DNA from: Mucisphaera calidilacus
GTDB lineage: Bacteria > Planctomycetota > Phycisphaerae > Phycisphaerales > Phycisphaeraceae
DNA: 32,000 bases
Assembly (NCBI RefSeq): GCF_007748075.1
Contig: NZ_CP036280.1
Location: 2,880,001 to 2,912,000, forward strand
Direction of reading: 5' to 3'
Below the pieces are notes generated by a model, which was given only the letters and a program-made list of their open reading frames with translations, was not told the DNA's origin and searched no databases. The first letter of the stretch is position 1. Each line of letters opens with the position of its first letter. The translations under genes were made by a program, and so were the position numbers. Positions 17,716-25,139 of this stretch are shown in pieces.

Positions 17716-18261
17716 ATGGCACGCATCACCCCCGTTCAAGTCGCGCAGGCACAAGGCAACACGAAGCAACTCCTCGAAGGCGTCCAGAAAGGCCTCGGCA
17801 TGGTCCCCAACATGATGAAGACCATGGCCCAGTCATCCGCCGCACTCGGCGCCTACCTCAACTTCAGCCAGGCCCTCGCCACCGCACTCAACCCCAGGCT
17901 GCGCGAGCAGATCGCGCTCGCCGTCGCCGGCATCAACAACTGCAGCTACTGCGCCTCCGCCCACACCGCGCTCGGTTCCAAAGCAGGCGTCGACAACACC
18001 GAACTCGCCGCCAACCTCCAGGGCCGGTCCGAAGACCCCAAAACCCAGGCCGCACTCCGCTTCGCACGCGCCATCGTCATCAAGCAGGGATGGGTCAGCG
18101 ACGACGAACTCGCCGACATCCGCGAGGCCGGCTACGCCGATCAGCAGATCGTCGAGATCGTCGCCGTCGTCGCACTCAACCTCTTCACCAACTACTTCAA
18201 CCACGTCGCCGACACCGAGATCGACTTCCCCGTCGTCGAGACCGCCGACGCAGCAGCCTGA
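17716..18261 (+). CDS. Carboxymuconolactone decarboxylase / AhpD-like alkylhydroperoxidase family protein
   Basis: 181 aa containing the AhpD-core CxxC motif (INNCSYCASAH.A). The track ORF starts at TTG 17677. I prefer ATG 17716, which is preceded by CAAGGAG. Confidence 0.85.
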   Translation: MARITPVQVAQAQGNTKQLLEGVQKGLGMVPNMMKTMAQSSAALGAYLNFSQALATALNPRLREQIALAVAGINNCSYCASAHTALGSKAGVDNTELAANLQGRSEDPKTQAALRFARAIVIKQGWVSDDELADIREAGYADQQIVEIVAVVALNLFTNYFNHVADTEIDFPVVETADAAA

Positions 18262-18333
18262 TACACGGCAGTCGCAGGCCACGCAGGACAACCTCAGCAG
18301 AACCACACAAGCAACAAGCAGGAGAAACGGGAC

Positions 18334-18546
18334 ATGATCGAAGCACCACCCCTACCCAACACCTCCACCTCATCACCGCAAGACGAACTCGATCACCACA
18401 CGCCCCGCATCCCGCAGCAGCAACGCAAAGCGTTCCCGCTGATCGACCTGATCGCCCGCGAACTCCAGGAAGCCGACGGACTCGACCCCACCGCCGCACT
18501 CTTCGAGGCCATACGCATCCTCGAAGAAGCCTCCGCCTCGGTCTGA
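18334..18546 (+). CDS. Hypothetical 70-aa acidic protein (no recognised family)
   Basis: GGAGA lies 8 nt upstream of the ATG. C-ending codon usage matches neighbouring + strand genes. It sits inside the operon with short gaps (72 and 28 nt). Confidence 0.5.
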   Translation: MIEAPPLPNTSTSSPQDELDHHTPRIPQQQRKAFPLIDLIARELQEADGLDPTAALFEAIRILEEASASV

Positions 18547-18574
18547 CCCGAACCACACGCAAGGAGACCGCACG

Positions 18575-19435
18575 ATGAAACGCATCAGAACAACATCACG
18601 CATCCTGATCGGATCAGGACTCACCCTCACCGCGCTCGCCGCCGCCCTGCTCACCAGCGGCAGCCCCGACGCCACCGCACAGCCGCACCAGCACGGCATG
18701 ACCAGCCCCGTCCGCGCAACGACGTCAGCACACCCCCTTGGCAAACCCGAAGCCGACCTCCCCAAACCCGACGTCAAGCTGCAGCCCGGACGCGTTGCCC
18801 TCGTTGTCACCGATCCCCAGAACGACTTCCTCAGCCCCGAGGGTGTCACCTGGGGCGTCGTCGGCGAAAGCGTCACCGAGAACAACACCGTCCAGAACAT
18901 CGACGACCTCTTCACCGCCGCTCACGCCAACAACGTCCCCGTCTTCGTCAGCCCCCACTACTACTACGAACACGACCACACCTGGAAGTTCGAAGGCGCC
19001 CTCGAAACCCTCATGCACAACATCGGCATGTTTGACCGACCCAACGCCCTCGACCTCACCGGGTTCGAAGGCTCCGGCGCCGACTGGCTCGAACAATACA
19101 AGCCGCACATCAACCACGAGAACACCACGGTCGTCAGCCCGCACAAGGTCTACGGCCCCGAAACCAACGACCTCGTCCTCCAGCTCCGCAAGCAGGGCAT
19201 CGACCAGGTCATCCTCGCCGGCATGTCCGCCAACCTCTGCACCGAAGCCCACATGCGCGAGCTCATCGAACAGGGCTTCGAGGTCATCATCGCCGCCGAC
19301 GCCACCGCCGCCGCCAAGATCCCCCACTACGACGGCTACGAGGCCGCCTACGTCAACTACCGATTCATCGCCAACGCCGTCTGGTCCACCGACCAGACCG
19401 TCGACGCCATCCGCAACCTCCCCCAGTCACACTGA
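18575..19435 (+). CDS. Isochorismatase-family cysteine hydrolase with N-terminal signal peptide
   Basis: Signal-like MKRIRTTSRILIGSGLTLTALAAALLTSGSPDATA. Family motifs ALVVTDPQNDF (Asp) and VILAGMSANLCTEAHMRE (Cys nucleophile). AAGGAG upstream of the start. Confidence 0.85.
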   Translation: MKRIRTTSRILIGSGLTLTALAAALLTSGSPDATAQPHQHGMTSPVRATTSAHPLGKPEADLPKPDVKLQPGRVALVVTDPQNDFLSPEGVTWGVVGESVTENNTVQNIDDLFTAAHANNVPVFVSPHYYYEHDHTWKFEGALETLMHNIGMFDRPNALDLTGFEGSGADWLEQYKPHINHENTTVVSPHKVYGPETNDLVLQLRKQGIDQVILAGMSANLCTEAHMRELIEQGFEVIIAADATAAAKIPHYDGYEAAYVNYRFIANAVWSTDQTVDAIRNLPQSH

Positions 19436-19471
19436 ATCCGTCACCAGCCAACACCACCAAGGAGATCCACC

Positions 19472-19990
19472 ATGAAACGCTTCAAGACACGCACCGCCCC
19501 GCTCTTCATCGTCATCCTCGGCCTCTTCGCCGCAGGCACCATCGTCACCGTCAACGCCTGGGCGCAGCAGTCCGCCACGCCCAACACCTCCCGAGCCTAC
19601 CTCCACAGCTACAACCTCCCAAGCTCAGGCGTCGCCCTCGAAGGCTACTGCCCCGTCAGCTACTTCGCCGTCAACAAAGCCGTCATGGGCAAGCCCGAAT
19701 ACGCCTCGACCTACCAGGGCGTTACCTACCACTTCGCCGTCCCCGAAGGCAAGACCGCCTTCGACCGAAACCCCGAAAAATACCTGCCCGCCTATGGCGG
19801 ATGGTGCGCCTTCGGCATGGCCATCGAAGATAAGTTCCCCGTCGACCCCACCGCTTTCAAGATCGTCAACGGCCGACTCATGCTCTTCCTCCGCAACCAG
19901 AACCTCGACGCCCGCGAACTCTGGAACAGCTACGACCAGAACACCCAGGTCAACAAAGCCGACGCACACTGGAAGAACGTCAGCGGCTGA
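19472..19990 (+). CDS. Secreted YHS-domain protein
   Basis: Signal peptide ...TVNAWA/QQ. Motifs EGYCPVSYF..NKAV.G...Y...YQGVTYHF......AF..NPEKYLPAYGGWCAFGM. AAGGAG upstream of the start. Confidence 0.8.
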   Translation: MKRFKTRTAPLFIVILGLFAAGTIVTVNAWAQQSATPNTSRAYLHSYNLPSSGVALEGYCPVSYFAVNKAVMGKPEYASTYQGVTYHFAVPEGKTAFDRNPEKYLPAYGGWCAFGMAIEDKFPVDPTAFKIVNGRLMLFLRNQNLDARELWNSYDQNTQVNKADAHWKNVSG

Positions 19991-20074
19991 CGCCATCCAG
20001 CGAACGCCTCCTCCGCAGCGCCACCGGGACGGAAACGCCCCGGCGGCCATTCCCACCTACCGCAAGGAAACACC

Positions 20075-20491
20075 ATGCCCGCCCCCACCGACCTCCGACC
20101 ACCGTTCAATCTTGAAACCGCACGCGCCAAGGTCCAGGCCGCCGAAGACGCCTGGAACTCACGAGACCCCGATCGCGTAGCCAACGCCTACACCACCGAC
20201 TCCCAGTGGCGCAACCGCGACGAGTTCTTCACAGGACGCCAGGCCATCCGCCACTTCCTCCAACGCAAGTGGCAACTCGAACTCGACTACCGACTCATGA
20301 AAGAACTCTGGGCCTTCACCAACAACCGCATCAGCGTGCGATTCGAGTACGAGTGGCACAACCACGACGGCCAATGGTTCCGCACCCATGGCAACGAGCA
20401 CTGGGAATTCGACGCCTCCGGACTGATGAAACGACGAGACATGAGCGCCAACGACATCCCCGTCACACCCACTCAGCTGCGCTACCACTGA
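20075..20491 (+). CDS. DUF1348 (NTF2-like fold) protein
   Basis: [78 protein letters not shown]...[13 protein letters not shown] is the highly conserved DUF1348 pattern. AAGGAA upstream of the start. Confidence 0.85.
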   Translation: MPAPTDLRPPFNLETARAKVQAAEDAWNSRDPDRVANAYTTDSQWRNRDEFFTGRQAIRHFLQRKWQLELDYRLMKELWAFTNNRISVRFEYEWHNHDGQWFRTHGNEHWEFDASGLMKRRDMSANDIPVTPTQLRYH

Positions 20492-20497
20492 GCGGGA

Positions 20498-20634
20498 TCA
20501 CTCAGACTCCGGCAGCCGCGCACCGTGCCGAAAACCCTCCACAACCACCACGCCCCGCTCCTCGTCAACAAAATAGAACACGAGATAGTGACCGAGCGCG
20601 CGACACGAGGAGGAAGCTCGACACGATAGCTCAT
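20498..20634 (-). pseudogene. ParE/RelE-family toxin remnant (internal deletion plus frameshift)
   Basis: The ATG at 20634 overlaps the antitoxin stop (ATGA) and encodes MSYRVELPPRVARS. After about 20593 a different frame reads GHYLVFYFVDEERGVVVVEGFRHGARLPESE*, a typical ParE/RelE C-terminus, with its stop at 20498-20500. Only 137 nt remain where about 290 would be expected. Confidence 0.6.
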
Positions 20635-20927
20635 ATACCTCGTTTTATATCGAATATCTTGCTTCTCAGTTCCTCAAACACCGAGGCCACCGGACGGGCT
20701 TCGCCCCCCAGATACTCCGCATGAGACTGACGAATCATCGCGACATCGCGCGCCAGCTGCGCATCGGCCATCAGTTGATCAAATGCCCTCGGACTCAGCA
20801 GCACCGCCCGAGCCTGACCGTTCTGAGTCAGGATCTCCGCCTCTCCGGTCTCATTGAGACGGTCCAGCGTCTTCGTATAGTTCGACTTGAAATCAGAGAC
20901 AGACTGTGTGTTCTCAGAACGGATCAT
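20631..20927 (-). CDS. Phd/YefM-family type II antitoxin
   Basis: The N-terminus SVSDFKSNYTKTLDRLNETGEAEILTQNGQARAVLLSPRAFDQL is the Phd/YefM fold signature. The gene sits upstream of, and overlaps, the toxin remnant. Confidence 0.85.
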   Translation of the reverse strand: MIRSENTQSVSDFKSNYTKTLDRLNETGEAEILTQNGQARAVLLSPRAFDQLMADAQLARDVAMIRQSHAEYLGGEARPVASVFEELRSKIFDIKRGI

Positions 20928-20936
20928 GGATACCCC

Positions 20937-20981
20937 ATCGGTCTATATTCAGTCTGAATTTTGACTGATATCCAGACCGAT
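20937..20981. promoter_or_regulatory. Imperfect 45-bp dyad upstream of the antitoxin (candidate autoregulatory operator)
   Basis: ATCGGTCT-ATAT-TCAGTC-TGAATTTT-GACTGA-TATCC-AGACCGAT. The outer 8-bp and inner 6-bp arms are perfect complements. The dyad lies 10-54 bp upstream of the ATG at 20927. Confidence 0.45.
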
Positions 20982-21003
20982 TCAAGCATGCAAACCGCCA
21001 TTC

Positions 21004-21036
21004 TCACCCCCCGATCACCCCCCGATCACTCCCCGG
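21004..21036. repeat. 11-bp tandem repeat (2 perfect + 1 degenerate copy) spanning the stop codon of the UxaC-like gene
   Basis: TCACCCCCCGA (21004-14), TCACCCCCCGA (21015-25) and TCACTCCCCGG (21026-36). The TCA of the middle copy is the TGA stop on the minus strand. Confidence 0.8.
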
Positions 21037-22316
21037 TAGTTCCCCGCCAGCAACCGCTCCGCCTCCGCACGAACTTCCGCCTCCGTCACCCGCCAACCCG
21101 CGTCCAGCACACGCCCCAGCACCTCTGCCAGACAATCCCCGATCACCGCCCGGCTGTGCGACCACTTGTAAAGCAGCTGGTCCAGAATCCGTGCGTCGCT
21201 GTGCTGAGGCACAAAACTCCCGCCCAGCAACTCCAGACGCTCGAGCGTCATCTCCTGGATGATCGACGGGTTGTTCAGGAACCACCAGCACCCGAAGGGC
21301 AGCAGGTTCCCGAACTTTCGCGCCGCCACGCATAATTCGTGCTGATTCTCTCGACTCAGCAGCGTCACCATGAACTTGTTCTCCGGATGTGCCGCACACA
21401 AACGCTCGATCGACGACACGTCCGCCATCCCCACAGCGTCCCCCGCAGCCCGCAACGCAGGATTCACCTGCCGACGCACACCAATCATCATCGCAAAGGG
21501 CAAACCGAACTCACGACACACAGGCAGCACCGCTTCATCCAGCATCGTGTGCGCCAGGCCTCCCGCGCCATACCGCCACTCAGGCGTCAGGCTCACCGCC
21601 GCGTACACCGGCTTGATCCGCTTCACCCAGTCCGACAGAAACCGACGCACACCCGACACCGACTCCTCGTCCGCCTCACCCGACACCGGATACCCCCACG
21701 CGTCCAGGCAACGCGACGCCGTCGACCAGTCGTCCAGCACCGCGTCAAAACGCAGCACCGCGTCAAATCGCGGATCATCACCCAAAGCGCCGTCCGCCAG
21801 CCAGCGCTCACGCTCGTTGTCGTCAAACACGTTGTTCGTCATCGTGATCTTCGACACACCCGAACGCTCCATCACCAGGTCGATGTACGCGTCCGGATCC
21901 TGCGCACCAAACCACGACCGATACCCCGCCAGCGAACGCTCGTTCGGATCCAGCCCCAGCTTCTGCAGCACCGTCAGCACCCCCCGGCAAGCCTCGCTCA
22001 TCGGCACACGATCAACAAACAGGTGCTTCCAGATGTGATCCGCCTGCTCCGACCGCGACATCTTCCAGAACGTCTCGTACCCCAAACGGTCAGGCGTCAC
22101 CACACGAAACACCTCCGCGATCAGGTAGTGATACGTCACCAGCTCATCAATCCCCCACAACATCAAACCCTCCGGATCAACCCGATCGCCCGATCCGCCC
22201 AACGGCGTCCCGAACGAAGGCGGATACAGATGCGTGTGCATGTCCACCACCTGCGCCTCACCCACCACACGCCGCACCACCTCGTTCAACGCCGCCCTCG
22301 ACTCAATCACGCTCAT
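21015..22316 (-). CDS. Glucuronate isomerase (UxaC)-like amidohydrolase-fold protein
   Basis: HxH metal motif near the N-terminus (VVDMHTHLYPP). The C-terminal block PFGCWWFLNNPSIIQEMTLERLELLGGSFVPQHSDARILDQL is collinear with E. coli UxaC [43 protein letters not shown]. Confidence 0.7.
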   Translation of the reverse strand: MSVIESRAALNEVVRRVVGEAQVVDMHTHLYPPSFGTPLGGSGDRVDPEGLMLWGIDELVTYHYLIAEVFRVVTPDRLGYETFWKMSRSEQADHIWKHLFVDRVPMSEACRGVLTVLQKLGLDPNERSLAGYRSWFGAQDPDAYIDLVMERSGVSKITMTNNVFDDNERERWLADGALGDDPRFDAVLRFDAVLDDWSTASRCLDAWGYPVSGEADEESVSGVRRFLSDWVKRIKPVYAAVSLTPEWRYGAGGLAHTMLDEAVLPVCREFGLPFAMMIGVRRQVNPALRAAGDAVGMADVSSIERLCAAHPENKFMVTLLSRENQHELCVAARKFGNLLPFGCWWFLNNPSIIQEMTLERLELLGGSFVPQHSDARILDQLLYKWSHSRAVIGDCLAEVLGRVLDAGWRVTEAEVRAEAERLLAGNYRGVIGG

Positions 22317-22415
22317 CCGTCAACTCCTGCATCTTCAATGGACACGAATCCAACCCCCATCAATCTACACGCAACCTAAACTGGATCAGACCCATTCAGG
22401 CCCGGAGCCCCCGAG

Positions 22416-22958
22416 ATGTCACAACAGGCCAACCACAACGTCTACGTCGTCATGGGTGTCAGCGGGTGCGGCAAGTCCACCATCGGCAAACGCCTCGCCC
22501 AGCGTCTCAACCTCCCCTTCTACGACGCCGACGACTTCCACCCCCAAGCCAACCGCGACAAGATGGCCGCCGGACAACCCCTCAACGACCACGACCGGCA
22601 ACCCTGGCTCGAAACCCTCGCCCACAACATCCAGTCCTGGGCGTCGGCCCCGGAGGGCGGGGCCGTCCTCGCCTGCTCCGCACTCAAACGCGCCTACCGC
22701 GACACCCTCCGCTCAACACCCGCCGTCCGCTTCGTCCTGCTCGTCGGCAGTTTCGAACTGATCCTCAGCCGCATGCAGCAACGCTCCGACCACTTCATGC
22801 CCGCAACCCTACTCCAGAGCCAGTTCGACACCCTCGAAACACCCGGACCACCCCACGACGCCAACGACCCCGCCTACCACGTGGCCATCGGCGAGAACCC
22901 CAACCACACCGTCGACCGCATCATCCAAGCCATCGACAACGAGCCACACCATGACTGA
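22416..22958 (+). CDS. gntK: Gluconokinase (GntK/IdnK family)
   Basis: VYVVMGVSGCGKSTIGKRLA..L.LPFYDADDFHP.AN..KMA.G.PL.D.DR.PWL; ...VLACSALKRAYRD.LR. Confidence 0.9.
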   Translation: MSQQANHNVYVVMGVSGCGKSTIGKRLAQRLNLPFYDADDFHPQANRDKMAAGQPLNDHDRQPWLETLAHNIQSWASAPEGGAVLACSALKRAYRDTLRSTPAVRFVLLVGSFELILSRMQQRSDHFMPATLLQSQFDTLETPGPPHDANDPAYHVAIGENPNHTVDRIIQAIDNEPHHD

Positions 22959-24249
22959 CACCATCCGCCTCGGCGACGCAAACACCGCCCTCACCCCCGC
23001 CGACATCAACAACACCCTCGACGCCATCACCCACGACCTCACCCGCAACAAACCCGCATCCGTCCTGCTGCTCCCGCCCGACATCACACGACTCGACTCC
23101 CGCGCAGGCGAACTCGCCGCCGGCCTCTACCAGCGACTCACCGCACAGGACGTCCGCGTCCGACTCATGCCCGCCCTCGGCACACACCGACCCATGACGC
23201 CCGAGCAGAACCGACGCATGTTCGGCCCCGACATCCCCGACGACCACATCCTCCCCCACCGCTGGCGCGACGACCTCATCGAACTCGGACAACTCGACGC
23301 CGACTGGATCAACAACCTCTCCGACGGAAAACTCGCCCGCGCCGGCATCGACCAGCCCATGACCGTCGCCGTCAACCGCGCCCTCATCGAAGGCGGCTTC
23401 GACACCATCCTCTCCATCGGACAGGTCGTGCCCCACGAAGTCATCGGCATGGCCAACTACACCAAAAACATCCTCATCGGCGTCGGCGGGCCCGGCACCA
23501 TCCACCTCTCGCACTTCCTCGGCGCCGTCTGCGGCATGGAATCCATCATGGGCCGCATCGACACGCCCGTCCGCACCGCACTCAACCGCGGCTTCGACAC
23601 CCTCGTCAAACCCCGCGCCGACATCCGATTCCTCTTCACCGCCGTCGAAGCCACCACCACCGGCACCGCACTCCGCGGGCTCTTCTACGGCGACACACCC
23701 GACGACTTCCTCGCCGCCGCACAACTCAGCCAGCAGATCAACCTCACGAAACTCCCCGAGAAAGTCGATCGCTGCGTCGTCTACCTCGAACCCGAAGAAT
23801 TCACCTCCACCTGGCTCGGCAACAAGGCCGTCTACCGAACACGCATGGCCATCGCCGACGGGGGCGAACTCATCGCACTCGCGCCCGCCCTCGAGACCTT
23901 TGGTGAAGACGACGCCATCAACCGACTCATCCAACGCTTCGGCTACCACGGCACACCCGCCACCCTCGACGCCGTCCGCAACGATAACGACCTCCGACAC
24001 AACCTCTCCGCCGCCGCACACCTCATCCACGGCTCCAGCGAGGGCCGCTTCACCATCACCTACGCCACCGGACCCGATATCTCCGCCGATCAGATCCAGA
24101 GCGTCGGCTACCAGCACGCCGACTACCAGACCACCCTCAGGCAACTCGGCATCGACCCCGAAACCACGCCTCCCGGCATCCACACCCTCGCCGACGGCAA
24201 GCCCGCCTTCTACATCAACAAGCCCGCACTCGGACTCTGGTCCGCCTAA
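22951..24249 (+). CDS. LarA-N-terminal-domain (DUF2088) family protein, LarA-like hydroxyacid racemase/epimerase homologue of uncertain activity
   Basis: Blocks resembling LarA: LLLPPDITRL, ALGTHRPMTPEQNRRMFG (LarA has ATGFHRPST.EE....YG) and GQVVPHEVIGMANYTKNILIGVGG (LarA has E.HFFAGFSGGRKSVLPG). The start overlaps the gntK stop by 8 nt. Confidence 0.7.
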   Translation: MTDTIRLGDANTALTPADINNTLDAITHDLTRNKPASVLLLPPDITRLDSRAGELAAGLYQRLTAQDVRVRLMPALGTHRPMTPEQNRRMFGPDIPDDHILPHRWRDDLIELGQLDADWINNLSDGKLARAGIDQPMTVAVNRALIEGGFDTILSIGQVVPHEVIGMANYTKNILIGVGGPGTIHLSHFLGAVCGMESIMGRIDTPVRTALNRGFDTLVKPRADIRFLFTAVEATTTGTALRGLFYGDTPDDFLAAAQLSQQINLTKLPEKVDRCVVYLEPEEFTSTWLGNKAVYRTRMAIADGGELIALAPALETFGEDDAINRLIQRFGYHGTPATLDAVRNDNDLRHNLSAAAHLIHGSSEGRFTITYATGPDISADQIQSVGYQHADYQTTLRQLGIDPETTPPGIHTLADGKPAFYINKPALGLWSA

Positions 24250-24261
24250 CACCACAGCAGC

Positions 24262-24990
24262 TCAGAGAAGACTCGCGTCCACGCCCGACGTCGATCGCTC
24301 CGGCGTCACCTCCGCCAACGCGCCCTGACGCACCCCCGATTCCACCATCAGCCGCGCCGCCGTCGTCAGACCGATATCAAACCCCGACGCATCCCCGCCC
24401 ACACGCACCCGGATCGTCCCCGCGAACGCGTCACGACCCACCACCGCCACACGCGCACCCGGGTGCAGACCGTGGTCCGCCAGCCACGTCAGGTAAGCAG
24501 GATCGTCGCCCACAATCTGCCCCAGCACGTGCACGCCCTCCCCCGCATCCGACAGAGGCGACAACGCACGCATCGGCAGATCACCCGCCGCCGTCGGGAT
24601 CGGGTCGCCATGCGGATCACGCGTCGGACGCCCCAGCATGTCGTCCATCCGCTCAAGCATCCGCTCCGAGATCACGTGCTCCAGCGCTTCCGCCTCCGCG
24701 TGGACCTCCGACCAGTCCAGCTGCATCACCTCCACCAGAAACAGCTCGATCAGCCGGTGCCGACGCAGCACGTCCACCGCCACCGCACGACCCGAACGCG
24801 TCAGCCGAACCCCCTCACGCGGCCGGTAGTCAATCAGCCGTCGCTCCGCCAGCTGCTTCACCATCGTCGTCACCGTCCCCGGCGTCACCGACAGCCGCTC
24901 CGCCAGCGCCCCGGTCGACACCCGACCGCCCGCCGACTGCCCCAGCCCGTGGATCGCCTTCAGATAGTTCTCAACCGTGCTTGTTGGCAT
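24262..24990 (-). CDS. DtxR/MntR-family metal-dependent repressor with C-terminal FeoA/SH3-like domain
   Basis: wHTH VENYLKAIHGL......VSTGALAERLSVTPGTVTTMVKQLAERRLI. Metal-site helix RRHRLIELFLVEVMQLDWSEVHAEAEALEHV, matching DtxR positions H79, E83, H98, C102->E, E105 and H106. Confidence 0.9.
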   Translation of the reverse strand: MPTSTVENYLKAIHGLGQSAGGRVSTGALAERLSVTPGTVTTMVKQLAERRLIDYRPREGVRLTRSGRAVAVDVLRRHRLIELFLVEVMQLDWSEVHAEAEALEHVISERMLERMDDMLGRPTRDPHGDPIPTAAGDLPMRALSPLSDAGEGVHVLGQIVGDDPAYLTWLADHGLHPGARVAVVGRDAFAGTIRVRVGGDASGFDIGLTTAARLMVESGVRQGALAEVTPERSTSGVDASLL

Positions 24991-25003
24991 ACCCCTATAT
25001 TAC

Positions 25004-25021
25004 ATTTTGATGATTCAAAAT
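25004..25021. promoter_or_regulatory. AT-rich dyad ATTTTGA-N4-TCAAAAT (candidate DtxR-family operator 1)
   Basis: Perfect 7+7 inverted repeat, 14-31 bp upstream of the repressor gene start (24990). Confidence 0.5.
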
Positions 25022-25121
25022 CAAATGCGGACCAAACGCCTTCCCAGAGCCGTCAACTTGCCCCATGAAGACACAAAGGCTATGATTAACAATGCACGGG
25101 CCATACCCGAAACCCCAATAT

Positions 25122-25139
25122 TTTTTGAGTAATCAAAAT
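25122..25139. promoter_or_regulatory. AT-rich dyad TTTTGA-N4-TCAAAA (candidate operator 2), overlapping the transporter start codon
   Basis: TTTTTGA-GTAA-TCAAAAT has the same half-sites and the same 4-nt spacer length as operator 1. It ends on the ATG at 25138. Confidence 0.5.

Noticed and set aside
20631-20927. Antitoxin gene as compositionally foreign DNA, based on its G/T-ending codons and lower G+C toward its 3' end.
   Set aside because: G/T-ending codons are the norm for all minus-strand genes in this window (see the strand-skew finding). Codon usage alone therefore cannot support horizontal transfer here, and only the locally lower G+C remains suggestive.
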